From the NCBI GenBank assembly GCA_030603345.1, contig JAUVXZ010000001.1:1-55885 (forward strand): a stretch of DNA of 55,885 nucleotides. The letters are read 5' to 3'. The position numbers were made by a program, and so were the translations under genes. This DNA is from Pseudomonadota bacterium (GTDB lineage Bacteria > Desulfobacterota > DSM-4660 > Desulfatiglandales > B25-G16). Position 1 is the stretch's first letter. Each line of letters opens with the position of its first letter. Shown in pieces: positions 54,624 through 55,885 of the stretch. The notes below the pieces were generated by a model. That model made no database searches. It worked only from the letters and a program-made list of their open reading frames with translations, and was not told where the DNA came from.

Positions 54624-55838
54624 TCAGTATATCTTTCCTGCGATATGCAACGTTGGATTTGCCCAACCAATGATGAGGCCTTTATCGGCTGAAGCCAGCC
54701 CTGGGGTACCGGTATTCAGGGGCCAAGCCGGAAGAGGACTCACCGAAATTTTCTCCCAATCGGTTCCGTTCCTGCTTCGCTGCATTTTTATTAGACCATT
54801 ATCACTTTTCTCTTTCCAAGCCAGGTAGAGGCATTTCCCGTCTGTGCCCAAGGCGGGCCTGGCGTCAGTTGTTTCGTCAAGTGTTACCTCATTGTCGAAA
54901 AAGATACCATCCTGGCTACTCCTCAGATTGAGCCGATAGCTATCCTTACTGCTCCAGGCAATGAAAAGCAGTGAACCTAAGCTTGCCAGCGCAGGGCCTG
55001 ACTCAGCTCGGGCTCCCATTTTGGTTTCGTTTATCCACCGCATTCCGTCGGCACTTGACATGATATTCAGGTATGATCCTTGTCTTGGTTTACTTCTCCA
55101 GGCGAGGTAAAGCCGATCCCTAAATACGGCCAAGGCCGGCGCCGAGGAGGAGGAAATCTCGAGCATAATCTTGTTAGACCAGGTATCTCCACCATCTGAG
55201 GACTGAGTAATATTTATTTTATGCTCCTCTCCCTTTTCGATCCATGCCAGGAAAAATTTATCCTTGAAGAAGGCCAGCGCGGGACCGCGATGAGATAATT
55301 CTCCGTCAACCGATTTTGTTTTGTACTGTGGCAGCATACTATGGAAGGGAGCGGAATAGTGTTGTAACTGTTCATACTTCAGCCTCAAACCAGAATAGCC
55401 AACTCTGGGATCCGCAGTTTCTGTCCAGCACATGATGATCGGGGTGCTTCTTTCCTCGGCCTGGAGAATCCTGCGTCTTCCATAGGCGATTGCAGGGCCA
55501 AAGGGGCTCGTAGGGCTCGTGTTGGCCGGAATATCAAACCCAAATACCTTCCCAAGCCAGTGTGCCATGGAAAGCGACACCACATACAAGGTGCACATAA
55601 GAAATGTAGGTAATTTCCAGGTAGCCTGCACCTTGTGGACGAGCCAGTGAAAAGCCTTACGGATTACCTTCATGATCCATACAGGGGCGCAGCAAAAAAG
55701 CCTGCCAGGCTGCCATTTAGGACATTTGTAGTACTTGTCATTTGCCCACTCATCAGCCTTCCAATACCCATTATCGCGCTTTTCAGCATATTCTTCGATT
55801 TTCGTCTTCGTGTATGCAGCACATGAAAGAATTGCCAT
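54624..55838 (-). CDS. Membrane-anchored Asp-box (BNR) beta-propeller protein
   Basis: 404 aa with four Asp-boxes about 50 aa apart (SSDGGDTW, SADGMRW, SQDGIFF, SRNGTDW). Each is preceded by PALA.F...L(Y/F)(L/I)AW. The N-terminal Cys-rich segment is followed by one TM helix (LPTFLMCTLYVVSLSMAHWLGKVF). Confidence 0.75.
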   Translation of the reverse strand: MAILSCAAYTKTKIEEYAEKRDNGYWKADEWANDKYYKCPKWQPGRLFCCAPVWIMKVIRKAFHWLVHKVQATWKLPTFLMCTLYVVSLSMAHWLGKVFGFDIPANTSPTSPFGPAIAYGRRRILQAEERSTPIIMCWTETADPRVGYSGLRLKYEQLQHYSAPFHSMLPQYKTKSVDGELSHRGPALAFFKDKFFLAWIEKGEEHKINITQSSDGGDTWSNKIMLEISSSSAPALAVFRDRLYLAWRSKPRQGSYLNIMSSADGMRWINETKMGARAESGPALASLGSLLFIAWSSKDSYRLNLRSSQDGIFFDNEVTLDETTDARPALGTDGKCLYLAWKEKSDNGLIKMQRSRNGTDWEKISVSPLPAWPLNTGTPGLASADKGLIIGWANPTLHIAGKIY

Positions 55839-55885
55839 ATGACACCGCTTTTTTATGCAAACATGGCGATTGACTAAACCTAAGT

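Overview
This is a 55.9-kb bacterial chromosomal window, roughly 45-48% GC by eye. The gene content (HDOD, FHA/GAF/PAS hybrid kinases, ECF sigma, UPF0182, a GspE-type ATPase) is reminiscent of an uncultivated anaerobic Desulfobacterota-like lineage, but taxonomy cannot be settled from the sequence alone. The left half is mostly housekeeping: tatA-SPOR-argS-alr (minus strand), recD2, a GalT-like enzyme, a GspE/PilB-like ATPase, recN, ligA-acyP, ffh, the rpsP-KH-rimM-trmD-(SPOUT-like)-rplS-rnhB-yraN operon, rsmI, an HPr-Enzyme I fusion, smpB and tmRNA. After the tmRNA (28.5 kb onward) the content turns accessory. It holds a YdjM-like hydrolase, a stand-alone 4-Cys protein, a GC-rich alpha/beta hydrolase next to a very AT-rich spacer, an MFS transporter and a sub-threshold AbrB/DUF2080-like ORF plus GNAT pair. 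It also holds an ECF sigma/anti-sigma module with two CBM48-like domains, a 770-aa secreted orphan and a dense signalling island (two paralogous hybrid kinases bracketing HDOD, cNMP-binding and orphan proteins). Further right are a frameshifted Cys-nucleophile hydrolase next to a divergent PGK-like kinase, a UPF0182 membrane protein and a membrane-anchored Asp-box propeller. The most direct observation is that nearly every long intergenic spacer is filled with short palindromic or TIR repeats. At least six families occur, each present two or more times in the window. One is a nested insertion with a target-site duplication, and the matching empty site lies elsewhere in the window. I found no CRISPR array, rRNA, tRNA, transposase, integrase or recognisable known defence system. 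Repeat boundaries are by-eye estimates (about +/-5 bp). All family assignments come from motif recognition, not from searches.
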